Assembly (NCBI GenBank): GCA_963821525.1
Contig: CAWGED010000019.1
Coordinates: 928,001-992,000 of the forward strand
DNA: 64,000 nt
Direction of reading: 5' to 3'
DNA from: an uncultured Gemmatimonadales bacterium
GTDB lineage: Bacteria > Gemmatimonadota > Gemmatimonadetes > Gemmatimonadales > GWC2-71-9
Each line of letters opens with the position of its first letter. Position 1 is the stretch's first letter. The notes under the pieces were generated by a model, which saw nothing but the letters and a program-made list of their open reading frames with translations, did no database searches and was not told where the DNA came from. Shown here one piece after another: positions 40,157-50,100 of this stretch. The position numbers were made by a program, and so were the translations under genes.

Positions 40157-40974
40157 TGAGAGGGCTGGGTCGCGGGTTGCACCGGGATGAAACCCGCCTT
40201 TTTCAACGACTCCTGCCCCGTGGCCGATTCTACCAGCTCGACAAACGCCTTGGCCAGTTCGGGGGAAGCCGCTCCGCGGACCACCGCGATTGGATAGGAC
40301 GCGATGACATTGGACGCTTCGGGAATCTCGAGTGTGGTCAGTTGGGAAGCGACTGATCCGGTAGCATCAGAGCGGTAGACCACACCCGCGTCGGCTTCCC
40401 CAAGCTGCACCTTCGCAACGACCCCCTTCACGTTCTCCTCGTAGCTCGCAACGTTGGCCAGTACCTGCTGGCCGTATTTGGATCCGAATCCAGGCTGAGA
40501 TGAGAGCTTGGCGAGCATCTCCCGGGTGTAGTGGCCCACCGGAACCGCCTCAGCGGCGATCACCAGCTTTACACCGGAGCGGGACAGGTCCTGCAACCGT
40601 TTGATGCCGGCAGGGTTTGCCACCGGGACGATCACGACCAGCTCGTTACGGGCAAATAGAACCGGCTCGCCTTCGACCAGTCCACTGTCTTTCGCGGTCT
40701 GCATCCACCGCTCGTCCGCCGAGGCGAATACGTCGGCCTCGGCTCCTTCTTGGATCTGGAGGACCAGCTGCTGGGAGCCGGTGAAGTTGAACCGGACAGT
40801 GGTTCCGGGGTGAGCGGCTTCGAAGCTCCTGCCGAGGCGGGAGAACGGTTCGGTGAGCGAGGCGGCGGCGAACACAGTCAGCGTCGTGGGTCCCTGTGCC
40901 GCACTTCTCGAGGACGAGACGCCTAGCACGGAGAGCGCCGAGAGAACCGTAGCGACAGACCTGCTGCGTTTCAT
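40153..40974 (-). CDS. modA: Molybdate-binding periplasmic protein
   Basis: FAAASL, ADVFASA, VPVG and GEADAGVVYRSD motifs; ATG 40974 with a signal peptide. Confidence 0.95.
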   Translation of the reverse strand: MKRSRSVATVLSALSVLGVSSSRSAAQGPTTLTVFAAASLTEPFSRLGRSFEAAHPGTTVRFNFTGSQQLVLQIQEGAEADVFASADERWMQTAKDSGLVEGEPVLFARNELVVIVPVANPAGIKRLQDLSRSGVKLVIAAEAVPVGHYTREMLAKLSSQPGFGSKYGQQVLANVASYEENVKGVVAKVQLGEADAGVVYRSDATGSVASQLTTLEIPEASNVIASYPIAVVRGAASPELAKAFVELVESATGQESLKKAGFIPVQPATQPSQ

Positions 40975-41364
40975 CTCCCTATCATCACCTCGGTGGACTT
41001 GATCACCGCGAATACTTGATCGCCAACCTTCAGACCCATGCGTTCGACCGAACTCCGGGTGATGATCGAAACCAGATCCTGGTCGCCGATGGCAAGCCGG
41101 ACTTCCGCCATCACGCCGTCGACTTGAAGCGAAAGGATCCGACCGCGAAGCCGGTTCCTCGCACTCAGATCGTGTACCGCTGCTGGAGCTGCTCTCGCTC
41201 GGGGTTCCGAGCAGCGCTTCGATCCTGGCGCGTGAAAAGAGCCATTTGCGGCCCACGCGACTCGCCGGGAGCTTGCCGGCGCGAGCCAGCGTTTGCACTC
41301 GCTTCTTGTTGAGCCGGAGCAGAGCGGCGACGTCTTCCACGCTTAGTGTATCCATATTGCCCAT
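40971..41364 (-). CDS. HTH-TOBE molybdate-responsive regulator candidate, apparent +1 frameshift (~41170-41210)
   Basis: Excisionase-like HTH (LSVEDVAALL..GKLPASRVGRKWLF), then TOBE LSARNRLRG..VFAVIKSTEV in the shifted frame; the stop overlaps the modA ATG. Confidence 0.85.
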
Positions 41365-41374
41365 TTGGTTGGCT

Positions 41375-41402
41375 ATTATAGTCCGTTAAAGGTTCTGCAC
41401 AA
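41375..41402 (-). promoter_or_regulatory. Sigma70 promoter of the mod operon
   Basis: TTGTGC-16-TATAAT about 10 bp upstream of ATG 41364. Confidence 0.65.
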
Positions 41403-41611
41403 GCGCACTTAGGCCATCCTTGGCCAAGTCGTCAGGCCAATCGGGCGAGAGATTCCGCCGATCGTGGTTCCCTGTTGAGACGTCCAAAGCCTAACGCCTT
41501 TCGCCCCATCGCAGTCGCAGGAATTGTGGCCTCCGCACCGCAAAACAATCGTGATCCGTGCCCGCAAGGGGGGCTGGACAGGGGGTGGGGGGGATGGGCT
41601 AGACTGGCTTA

Positions 41612-41803
41612 CGACCCCTGCCCAGCAGGGAGCGTGTTTGCATCCTCCGACCGAGCGGAGGGTCCACTCCTCACAGCTGACTCTCTCCTTGAGCTGTGGG
41701 GCCCCCAGTAGCGGGGGGGGCGAGGCCCAGCTTCCTGACAGGCTTCTCGGGCTGTCACGGAGGGGCCAGACCGAGTCCCGCACTAACAATGAAAAGAGGA
41801 GTT
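41612..41803 (+). ncRNA. Candidate structured cis-regulatory leader RNA (class not recognised)
   Basis: Five consecutive hairpins after a TGGACA..TAGACT promoter-like site; ACTCCTC (41666-41672) is the exact complement of the SD GAGGAGT (41796-41802). Confidence 0.55.
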
Positions 41804-41804
41804 T

Positions 41805-43038
41805 GTGAACGTCCTGGTGTTGGGTGCCGGCGCGGTGGGGACCGTGTCCGCCCTGAAATTCGCGCAGCATCCCATGGTGACCAGGCTGGTCATTGCGGAT
41901 GCTGTCCCTGGCCGAGCCCAGTTGCTCGCCGACCGCATTGGGAACCCGCGCGTGAGCGCCATGACGCTTGACGCCGGGAACCGTAGTGAACTCGCCCGCG
42001 CCATTCGTGAAACCGGTACGAACATCCTGCTGAACGCCGCCCTTCCGGCCACTAACCTGGTCGTGATGCGCGCGTGTCTCGACGGAGGATGCGACTACAT
42101 CGACATGGCGAGTGGCGGAGCCGCCATGGACGGCACCCCGAAACTCCCCGACCAGTTCGCCCTCGACCAGGAGTTCAAGGCCGCGGGCCGTCTGGCAATT
42201 CTGGGGATGGGGGCTGATCCGGGAACCAGTAACGTCTACGCCGCGTACGCCGCGAAGCACCTGCTCGACACGGTGACCGAGCTGCGGATACGGGACGGCG
42301 ACAATTCCGTCTGCCAGGGACACGATGGATTCCTGGCCGCCTTCAGTCCGTGGGTCTTCATCGACGAATGCCTCTGCGGAGCCATTTCCTGGCGCGATGG
42401 GACCTACCACCTCGAGGAAGCCCTCTCCGGTTTCGAGCCCTTCAATTTCCCGGAGCTCGGCGTCCTCAACACCTACTACGTTGACCACGAAGAGTCGCGC
42501 ACCCTGCCGATGTTCATCCCCGGCCTGGCGGTCGCGGACTTCAAGCTGTGCATGGACGATGTGACCTGGCAGACCCTGCGGGTCCTGAAGCAGATGGGCC
42601 TCTCCCGGACCGACAAGGTGCGGGTGGGAGACACCGCGGTTTCACCGCGCGATGTCGTCGTAGCCCTGTTGCCCCAGCCCGGTGATCTCGCCGGAAGGAT
42701 GCGGGGGAAGACCTGCGTCGGGACGCTGGCGCGCGGGATCCGAAACGGGCAGGCACGCAGCTTCTACATCTACAATGTGACCGATCACGAGAAGGTCTAC
42801 GCCGAATTGGGAGTTCAGGCCACGGCCTACCAGACCGGCGTTCCCTCCGGTAATCGCGGCCGAGTTGATGGCCAATGGTCGCTGGAGCGGCGTCGGGGTC
42901 ATGTCTCCCGAGCAGTTCGATCCCGATCCCTTCGTGGCCCGCCTCGGCGCGATGGGAATGCCCTGGCATGTCCGGGATGAGGAAACGGGGAAGATCGACG
43001 CAGTCGAGATGGATTTCGCAGAGCCGGTAGCGGCGTAG
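41805..43038 (+). CDS. Saccharopine dehydrogenase family protein, carboxy(nor)spermidine synthase-like, apparent +1 frameshift ~42845
   Basis: GAGAVG Rossmann motif, GADPGTSNVYAAYAAKHLLD, HEE and QATAYQTGVP; C-terminal PEQFDPDPF lies in the shifted frame. Confidence 0.85.
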
Positions 43039-43083
43039 GCCGGGGCCAATCGCTATCGGCCAGAGGCCAGTAAAGGCCCAATG

Positions 43084-43121
43084 ACACGAAGCCCTCCGCC
43101 AGAGCGGAGGGCTTCGTGTTT
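43084..43121. terminator. Rho-independent terminator between convergent genes
   Basis: Perfect 16-bp stem ACACGAAGCCCTCCGC-CAGA-GCGGAGGGCTTCGTGT. Confidence 0.85.
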
Positions 43122-43134
43122 CCAGGACCCGTCC

Positions 43135-43945
43135 TCAGAACGCGATGGACATTGAAGCGGAAACGCTCTTCGGTGTGGCCAGGAAGTGAGGTTGGCCCGC
43201 TCCGAAGATGGTCCATTTCCCATCCATGATCATTGCACTGGTGATCCCGACCGCGGCTCCGCCCAGGACATCGCTCAGCCAGTGCTGGTTGTCGTTGATG
43301 CGGGACCATCCCGTGAGAGTGGCCGCACTGTAGAGTCCGACCTGGGCCGGCCAGAAGTGCACTTCATTGCTGACCGATGCCGCGAGGGCGAAGGCCATCG
43401 CGGTATGTCCCGAGGGAAACGAAACATTGCCGGAGAAAGGCGCGAATTCATCCGGATCCGGAATACTGCTATGGTTCGGGCGCGTTCGACCGACCACATA
43501 CTTGATGATGCCGGTTCGAAAGGCCGGCCGTGACCAGTGAGCCGGTGATGCGGCCACCCGCCCGGGCGATATCGTCGTCCGACGCGATGAGGCCGGTCAG
43601 GATGGTGCCGAGGCCTACGGTGGCATAGACCTCGGGTTGTCCCATGTGACGGAAGACAGAGGCGATATCATCCTTCGTTTCGGTCCGGTGGCTCTGGGTG
43701 TAGTCCTGAACCGTCGCGTCCAGAAATCCGCTTGCCACGATAACGCCGGCCACCGCCGCCGCCTCGTACCATTGCACCGCGTGTGGCTCGCTGGCGGAAC
43801 TCCCACTACTCGATCCCTCAGTCGCAAGCGACGCGGGGAGGGGAGGGGCCCACGATTCGAGACGCGGAGCTGCCCGCGCCACTTGAGCGATCAGCGACGC
43901 GGGCACAAAGGTGACCGCCAGGCACCATCCGATCAGGTTGCGCAT
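43135..43945 (-). CDS. PAP2-family phosphatase, apparent +1 frameshift ~43515
   Basis: KYVVGRTRP, SFPSGH and SRINDNQHWLSD (C1-C3 motifs); signal peptide in the upstream frame. Confidence 0.88.
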
Positions 43946-44009
43946 AGGGGCGGAAATCTAGTACCTTCGTGGCCGGCGCGTTTCCCCTAACTCTTTGCCG
44001 AGCCTATCG

Positions 44010-44378
44010 ATGCGTCGCACCATCCCAATCCTCCTGAGTCTCATCGTCAGCCTCGCCTGTCGCGACTACAACCTGGAGCGCCACGTGGCCGGTCAGGCCG
44101 GTCTGGTTCCGGCCGATAAGTTCGCGAGCTATGGCCGCGAGCAGGCCATCGCGGTCGCGATCGGCCGGGAATTCGGCCGGCCCTACAACTCCGGTCCCGA
44201 GGCGCAGGCAGAGATCGCCACGACCTACGCGCGCAACAAGTTTGGGGCGGACATCGTTGACATCACACCCGATCCGCTGGGACATCGCCTCACGGTGACG
44301 TTCAAAAGCGGGTGGCGCACAGCCATTGTCCCGATCGACGACGGCAAGACCGGGGACGAAACCAAGGTCCCGTCCTGA
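44010..44378 (+). CDS. Hypothetical lipoprotein
   Basis: MRRTIPILLSLIVSLAC lipobox. Confidence 0.75.
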   Translation: MRRTIPILLSLIVSLACRDYNLERHVAGQAGLVPADKFASYGREQAIAVAIGREFGRPYNSGPEAQAEIATTYARNKFGADIVDITPDPLGHRLTVTFKSGWRTAIVPIDDGKTGDETKVPS

Positions 44379-44701
44379 CCACGTTGCTCCAGGTCACCAC
44401 GGCTGTTCCCTCAGCCGAGCTGGCGCGCCGTATCGCGGAGGCCGCGGTTGCCGAGCGGTTTGCGGCCTGTGTTCAGATCAGCGGTCCAATTACCAGTGTC
44501 TACCGCTGGCAGGGGGCCATAGAAGAAGCCTCGGAATGGTTTTGCGTGTTCAAGACCAGCACCGAGGCGTATCCCGGCCTTGAGTCTCGAATCCGGTCGC
44601 TCCATCCGTACCAGGTTCCGGAAATCATTGCGACACCGATCGTCGCTGCCGCGGAAAGCTATGCCGCTTGGATTGCAAGCGAATTGCAGAGCGATCGGTG
44701 A
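44375..44701 (+). CDS. cutA: Divalent cation tolerance protein CutA (start uncertain)
   Basis: AACVQI, SVYRWQG and HPYQVPEI motifs. Confidence 0.92.
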   Translation: MTTLLQVTTAVPSAELARRIAEAAVAERFAACVQISGPITSVYRWQGAIEEASEWFCVFKTSTEAYPGLESRIRSLHPYQVPEIIATPIVAAAESYAAWIASELQSDR

Positions 44702-44797
44702 GCAAGTGAGGAGTGAGCGGTGAGAGGTAAGGAGTTCTTCACTCCTCACTGCTTAAACCTCCACTTACTCCTCACACCTTACTCCTTACTCCTCACG
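44698..44797. repeat. Inverted heptamer-array element between cutA and mgtE
   Basis: GTGAGCA-AGTGAGG-AGTGAGC-GGTGAGA-GGTAAGG left arm; CTCCTCA-CACCTTA-CTCCTTA-CTCCTCA right arm. Confidence 0.85.
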
Positions 44798-44820
44798 GCT
44801 TGACGCGCTCCGGGGACCCC

Positions 44821-46213
44821 ATGCCCGCTCGCCCCGATGCTCCGCTCGCGGAGTACCTCTACCTTCTCGCCGGCGATCCCGAAGACTTCGTCGCCGCCTG
44901 CGCCGACCTTCTCCCCGCCGACATCGTCGAGGCGCTGAACGACCTCCCGCCGGAAGCAGCCTCGAAGGTGGTTGGGGCTCTGCCCTTCCACACTGCGGTG
45001 GAGGTCTTCGACCAGCCCGAGTTGGAAGCTCGGGACGAAATTGTCGAGCGGCTCCCGGACGACATCGCCGCCCCGCTGGTCCAGGCGATGTCGGCAGACC
45101 AGCAGGTGCGGCTGTTCCGGAGCATCAAGGGCTCGGACCGTGCCCGGCTGGGCTACTGTCTCGACGCCCCGACCCGGGATCAGCTCAAGCTGCTCCTGAA
45201 ATACCCGCCTCAGAGCGCGGGCGGACTGATGACCACGGAGTTTGTCAGCGTGCCTTCGGCCTGGACGGCGGCCCAGGTTCGCCAGCTCGTGCACGACGTG
45301 GGCAGCGCCAAGGAAACCGTCTACGCCATCTACGTCCTGGACGAGAAGACCCAGCGGCTGCAGCAAGTCATTTCACTGCGAGAAGTGATGACGGCGGCCG
45401 ACACGACGCCGGTCCGGGACATCGGGGATACCAGAAAGCCGGTGACCACTCAGCCCTCTCACCGATCGCGAGGAGGTGGCGCGCCTCATCGCCAAGTACA
45501 ACCTGCTCGCGATACCCGTCGTAGACGAGGCCAATCATGTCCTCGGCATCGTCACCGTGGACGACGTGATCGACGCGCTGGTCAAGGAACAGACCGAAGA
45601 CGTCCAGAAGTTTGGCGGTATGGAGGCTCTCGACCAGCCCTACATGGAAATCGGCCTGCCGCAGATGATCCGGAAGCGAGCCGGCTGGCTCTGCGCGCTC
45701 TTCCTGGGGGAAATGCTCACGGCTACCGCCATGGGCTATTTCGAACATGAGATCGAACGAGCTGTGGTCCTGGCGATCTTCCTGCCGCTGATCATCAGTT
45801 CAGGCGGGAATTCGGGTTCTCAGGCCACGTCCCTGATCATCCGTGCGATGGCGCTGCGCGAGGTGAATCTTCGCGACTGGTGGAGGGTCGCGGCACGGGA
45901 GATCCCCGCCGGGGTCACCCTGGGCGCGATCTTGGGAACCATCGGCTTCATTCGCATCGTGGCGTGGCAGGACCTGGGCTTCTACAACTACGGCCCGCAT
46001 TATCTGCTGGTCGCGATGACGGTAGCACTGGCACTGGTGGGGGTCGTGCTTTTCGGTTCCCTGACTGGCTCCATGCTACCCTTCGTGCTCCGGCGCATCG
46101 GCTTCGACCCGGCCAGCGCCTCGGCACCCTTCGTGGCCACGCTGGTGGATGTGACCGGCCTGATCATTTTCTTCAGTGTGGCGCTTGTGGTGCTGAAGGG
46201 GACGCTGCTTTAG
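44821..46213 (+). CDS. mgtE: Magnesium transporter MgtE, apparent +1 frameshift ~45455
   Basis: SAGGLMTTEF CBS pair, GIVTVDDV, GGNSGSQ and DPASASAPFVATLVDV motifs. Confidence 0.93.
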
Positions 46214-47240
46214 CGTCCCACCTCCCCTGTCCCACTTCTTCCAGCACCGCCGCGATTTCCTGAAGGCTGAGCATCCAATCCACCCCGCCGCGCAACAAAG
46301 CCGCGCGAGGCATGCCGTAGACGGTACAGCTTGCCTCATTCTCCGCGATGGTCCGGCCCCCGTGGGCCCGGATGATGCTCATCCCCTCTGCCCCATCATC
46401 CCCCATCCCAGTCATCAGCACGCCGAGCACCTTGCCGCGCCGAGCGCGGTCGGCGGATTTCATGAGAACGTCAACGCTGGGAGCATGGCGGGCCTCGAGT
46501 GGCTCCGAGGAGAGCAGCACAGTGAGACTGTTGCTCAATCGAAGCTGTCGTCCGGCCGGCGCGATCAGGACCCGGCCCGGAACCAGCCGCTCGCCCTCTT
46601 TCGCTTCTCCGACCCGAAGGCGGCAGAGTGAATTGAGCCGGTCGGCGAACGGTGCCGTGAATCCCGCCGGCATATGCTGCACGATCGCCAGAGGCAGCGG
46701 GAACGAGGCGGGGAGGCGTTCAAGGATGTACTGCAATGCTGCGGGCCCGCCCGTGGAAGCTCCAATTACGCACAGCTCACAATGGCTCACGTCAACCGCC
46801 GGAACAGTCGGCGCTGGACGTCGAACCGCCGGCCTGGCTTCCCGGCTTCCCGGGCGCCAGGACTTCAGCCGATCCACCAGCTCGCGTCCCAAGCCGTCCA
46901 GATCCATAAGGTTGATGGCGGTCTTATCGATGAAATCCGCAGCGCCGAGGCTCAACGCTTCCAGTGTTGCCGCGGCACCTTCCCGGGTGTGAGCCGAGAG
47001 CATGATGACGTGAAGGCTCGGTCGCCAACCCAGCAAGGCGCGCAAGGTGGCGAGCCCATCCATGCCATGCATGGCCACATCGAGTGTCACGACATCGGGG
47101 TTCGCGGCAGGGATTCGCTCGAGCGCCTCGTGACCGTTCGCGGCTTCGCCCACGACCTGGCATTCCGGCTGCGCCGAGAGCACCCGGGTCAGGGCCTTAC
47201 GGATGAAAGCCGAATCATCGACCACGAAGACCCGAATCAC
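46173..47240 (-). CDS. cheB: Chemotaxis methylesterase CheB (REC + esterase)
   Basis: VVDDS, TLD, GASTGG, QHMP and TGMGDDG motifs; the GTG start overlaps the cheR stop. Confidence 0.95.
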   Translation of the reverse strand: MIRVFVVDDSAFIRKALTRVLSAQPECQVVGEAANGHEALERIPAANPDVVTLDVAMHGMDGLATLRALLGWRPSLHVIMLSAHTREGAAATLEALSLGAADFIDKTAINLMDLDGLGRELVDRLKSWRPGSREARPAVRRPAPTVPAVDVSHCELCVIGASTGGPAALQYILERLPASFPLPLAIVQHMPAGFTAPFADRLNSLCRLRVGEAKEGERLVPGRVLIAPAGRQLRLSNSLTVLLSSEPLEARHAPSVDVLMKSADRARRGKVLGVLMTGMGDDGAEGMSIIRAHGGRTIAENEASCTVYGMPRAALLRGGVDWMLSLQEIAAVLEEVGQGRWDAKAASPSAPQAPH

Positions 47241-48073
47241 GAGCATTCTCCGGTTCGGCGGTAGGCCATGGTCCCATTGAGGAACACCGGCTCGAAGGTC
47301 GGCATCCTGTCTACCAGCGACTCCGAATGCCCCAGGAGCAGATACCCACCTGGGAGCAAGAGGCGGCCGAAATGCCCGATGAGGGACATGAAGGCATCAT
47401 CGTGGAAGTAGATCAGCATGTTCCGGCAGAGAATCACGTCGTAGCCTGCCCGCCCGAGTCCCACCGTGGGTGCGGCGAGATTGGCTTGAAAGAAATTCAC
47501 GCCCTTGCGGTAACGATCCTTGAGCTGGAACCGCTCTCCGTTCCGGATGAAGCACCGCTGTCGAACGTCGTCGTCACAGACCCTGAGCGAGCCAGGCTCA
47601 TAGAGCGCCTTCCGGGCCTGCTCGATGCGGGCCGTGTTCAGGTCGCAGGCGTCGATCTCCCAGCGGTAGCCCTGAAGCTCCAGTCCACTGTCCACCAGGT
47701 TCACGACCAGCGAATACGGCTCTTCGCCCGAAGAACAGCCCGCCGAAAGCACCCGAAGCGGACGCGTCCGCAAGACGCTCTGAAGCGGCGGTATGACCTG
47801 GTTCAGGATGAATGCGAAGTGGTGGGGCTCGCGAAAGAAATAGGTCTCGTTATTGGTAATCCGCCGGGACAGCTCGGAGTTCTCCGCATGACGCGCCGGG
47901 TGGAAACTGAGATAGTGGTAGTACTCCCGGAACGTTTGCAGGTGGAGATCGGAGAGCCGGGAGCGGAGCCGTGCTTCGAGGATGTCGCGCCTTGCTCCTT
48001 CGAAACTGAGGCCGAATCGCTCCCGGACGAAGTCGGCGATAAGCTTCCAGTCGGCTTCGGCTACTTCGCTCAT
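47237..48073 (-). CDS. cheR: Chemotaxis methyltransferase CheR
   Basis: NNETYFFRE, SAGCSSGEEPYS, CRNMLIYF and GHSES motifs. Confidence 0.95.
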   Translation of the reverse strand: MSEVAEADWKLIADFVRERFGLSFEGARRDILEARLRSRLSDLHLQTFREYYHYLSFHPARHAENSELSRRITNNETYFFREPHHFAFILNQVIPPLQSVLRTRPLRVLSAGCSSGEEPYSLVVNLVDSGLELQGYRWEIDACDLNTARIEQARKALYEPGSLRVCDDDVRQRCFIRNGERFQLKDRYRKGVNFFQANLAAPTVGLGRAGYDVILCRNMLIYFHDDAFMSLIGHFGRLLLPGGYLLLGHSESLVDRMPTFEPVFLNGTMAYRRTGECS

Positions 48074-50100
48074 GCCGGAGCGGAGGCCGTGACTTCCGGC
48101 TCTCCGCTCAGTGCGGCGAGCGCCGTGCGGGCCACGACAGGTTCCAGGTCTCGCGCCAGGGCGAGCAGCAGCGACCTCCGCTCCGGAACCCGCAGCCGGC
48201 CCAGCGCCCGGGCCGCCTCGTTCCGAATGGCCCAATCCGGATCTTCGGCCAACGCACTAAACAACGGGAGATCACTTGGGCCGGCCAGATCGGCCAGTCC
48301 TTGGGCCGCGACCCGCCGAATCTCGACCTGAGATTCCTCCAGCCGCTGGCGCAGGAACTCCACCGTTCCTGGCGACGCGATGTTGGCCAGAGCGGCGAGA
48401 ATCTCGATTTTCTCGTGCAGCAAGGTGGTGCCATAGAGCGTCTGGAGCGGACCCGCGGCCTGAGCAGCACCCAATCGGCCCAGAGCGCGAATCACGTGAT
48501 AACGCAACGAGTCGTTGGTGTTGAGCAGTGCCAGGAGCGTCGCCAGCGTGCGGCCGCCCGGTCTCTTGGCCAGCAGATCCAGGACTTCGGTTTGTACCGA
48601 CTCGTCGGGGTCGGCCAGCGCGCGAAGCAGCACCACTTCGGCGCGGGAGCCGTCCATCTGGCCCACGACCCTGAATGCGGCGCGGCGCAGAGCGGGCGAG
48701 GCAGCGTGCGCCAGTTCGAGGATCTCCGGGTCGAACGCACGACAACCCGAGTGCTCTACCACCCGAATGGCGCGCAACCTCACCGCCTCATCAACATCGG
48801 ATTGAAGGAACGGAGCAAGACTCAGCTCGAGGTCTTGTGCCGGCATGTGTCCAAGTGCCGCGGCGGCGGCATCCCGTTCCTGCCCGGTGCTGTCCTGCAG
48901 CAGCTGCAACAGGTCCGGTATGGCCTCGACGGCCTTCAGGGGACCGATGGCGCGGCAGGTGGCCGCGCGAATCTGCTCGCTCTCATCCCGCAGCAAGCCG
49001 AGTATCCGGGACAGGTCGTCGGTGGTGAGCTCACCAACCTCCAAGGCACCTTGCCGTACCCTCACATCGGGATGGGCGAGCAGGCCTCCGAGCGTTGAGC
49101 GCAGACAACCGTGGAATCGCCGCACCAGCGGCCGCTGCCACGCGACTCCCTCACGATCTACTGCCCACCGGACGACCCAGGGATGCAACGACTCGAGGCC
49201 ACCGGCCAACGCCAGCGTCGCTGCTGCGCGAACCAGAGGCCCCCCGCCCCGGGTACCCCGGCGATCGTCGGATGCATTGAGCGGATCGAGCGGTTCCTCT
49301 CCCGAGACCTCGCCCTGGAGCACCGCGGCGAGATAGCGCCAGATACCATCCCGGTCGGCATCAATTCGTTGGCCCAAACGCCCGAGCAGGGGCATTCCCG
49401 GATGGAGCGATGCCGCCAGCGCAAGAACGATGGGACCTCGCAACTCGACCGTGTCGGACCGGAACAGCAGGGTCAGCAGTGGCTCGGCCGCTTCCGCGGC
49501 GGCGATTTTCCGTAGCGCTGCCAGAGCCGGGATGGTGACGAAGCTTTCCGGAACCAGGCCGACGAGCACCGGTGCCGCGAGCGGATCGCCGATCTCACCG
49601 AGGGCGTCGGTGGCCGCCAGCTGAAGCCACGGTTCTTCGCCCAGGATCTCGATGAGTCTGGGCACCGCATCGCGGGCTCGCACTCTCCCCAGCGCTTCGA
49701 TGGCCGCCTGTACCACGTTCACTTGCTCATGTTTGAGCAGCCGCAGCAGAGCCGGCCAGCATTCAATCGCCTTGATCTCACCGATGACCTGGCAGGCGAA
49801 CATCACCACGTCGGGATCCGGATCTTCGAGCATCCCGCCGACGTGCTGAATGGCATAGGGACCCTGCCGGGTCAGCGCGGCGAGGGCCGCGTTGCGGAGT
49901 ATCGCGTTGTCGGGAGATGCGACCAGCGGGGCGAGCCGCGCCGGTTCAATGCAGCGCGCCGCCCATGCAATCGCCACCTCTCTGACGGCCGGCGACTCGT
50001 CCTCCAGCGCGGAGAAGATCTCCGCCTCCCGCAGGGCATGATCTGCCGGGGAGGCGAGAGCGTTGAGCCGGGCAGTCAGAGCCGAAGCGGCGCGGGGCAT
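48070..50100 (-). CDS. HEAT/PBS-lyase repeat protein
   Basis: Many L.D....VR..A..ALG units; coupled between the MCP gene and cheR. Confidence 0.9.
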   Translation of the reverse strand: MPRAASALTARLNALASPADHALREAEIFSALEDESPAVREVAIAWAARCIEPARLAPLVASPDNAILRNAALAALTRQGPYAIQHVGGMLEDPDPDVVMFACQVIGEIKAIECWPALLRLLKHEQVNVVQAAIEALGRVRARDAVPRLIEILGEEPWLQLAATDALGEIGDPLAAPVLVGLVPESFVTIPALAALRKIAAAEAAEPLLTLLFRSDTVELRGPIVLALAASLHPGMPLLGRLGQRIDADRDGIWRYLAAVLQGEVSGEEPLDPLNASDDRRGTRGGGPLVRAAATLALAGGLESLHPWVVRWAVDREGVAWQRPLVRRFHGCLRSTLGGLLAHPDVRVRQGALEVGELTTDDLSRILGLLRDESEQIRAATCRAIGPLKAVEAIPDLLQLLQDSTGQERDAAAAALGHMPAQDLELSLAPFLQSDVDEAVRLRAIRVVEHSGCRAFDPEILELAHAASPALRRAAFRVVGQMDGSRAEVVLLRALADPDESVQTEVLDLLAKRPGGRTLATLLALLNTNDSLRYHVIRALGRLGAAQAAGPLQTLYGTTLLHEKIEILAALANIASPGTVEFLRQRLEESQVEIRRVAAQGLADLAGPSDLPLFSALAEDPDWAIRNEAARALGRLRVPERRSLLLALARDLEPVVARTALAALSGEPEVTASAPA

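Noticed and set aside
40153..41364. HTH-ModA fusion protein (403 aa in the ORF track)
   Set aside because: An artefact of a frameshift. The intervening frame encodes a TOBE domain, and modA has its own ATG and signal peptide at 40974. The excisionase-like HTH is not evidence of a prophage.
37084..46213. Programmed frameshifting or pseudogenisation of pruA, modC, mgtE and others
   Set aside because: The sites share no slippery motif, all lesions are +1, and I saw no other decay, so sequencing error is more parsimonious.
46173..46213. 41-bp tail-to-tail overlap of cheB and mgtE
   Set aside because: A short convergent overlap is unremarkable and could result from an indel near the cheB end.
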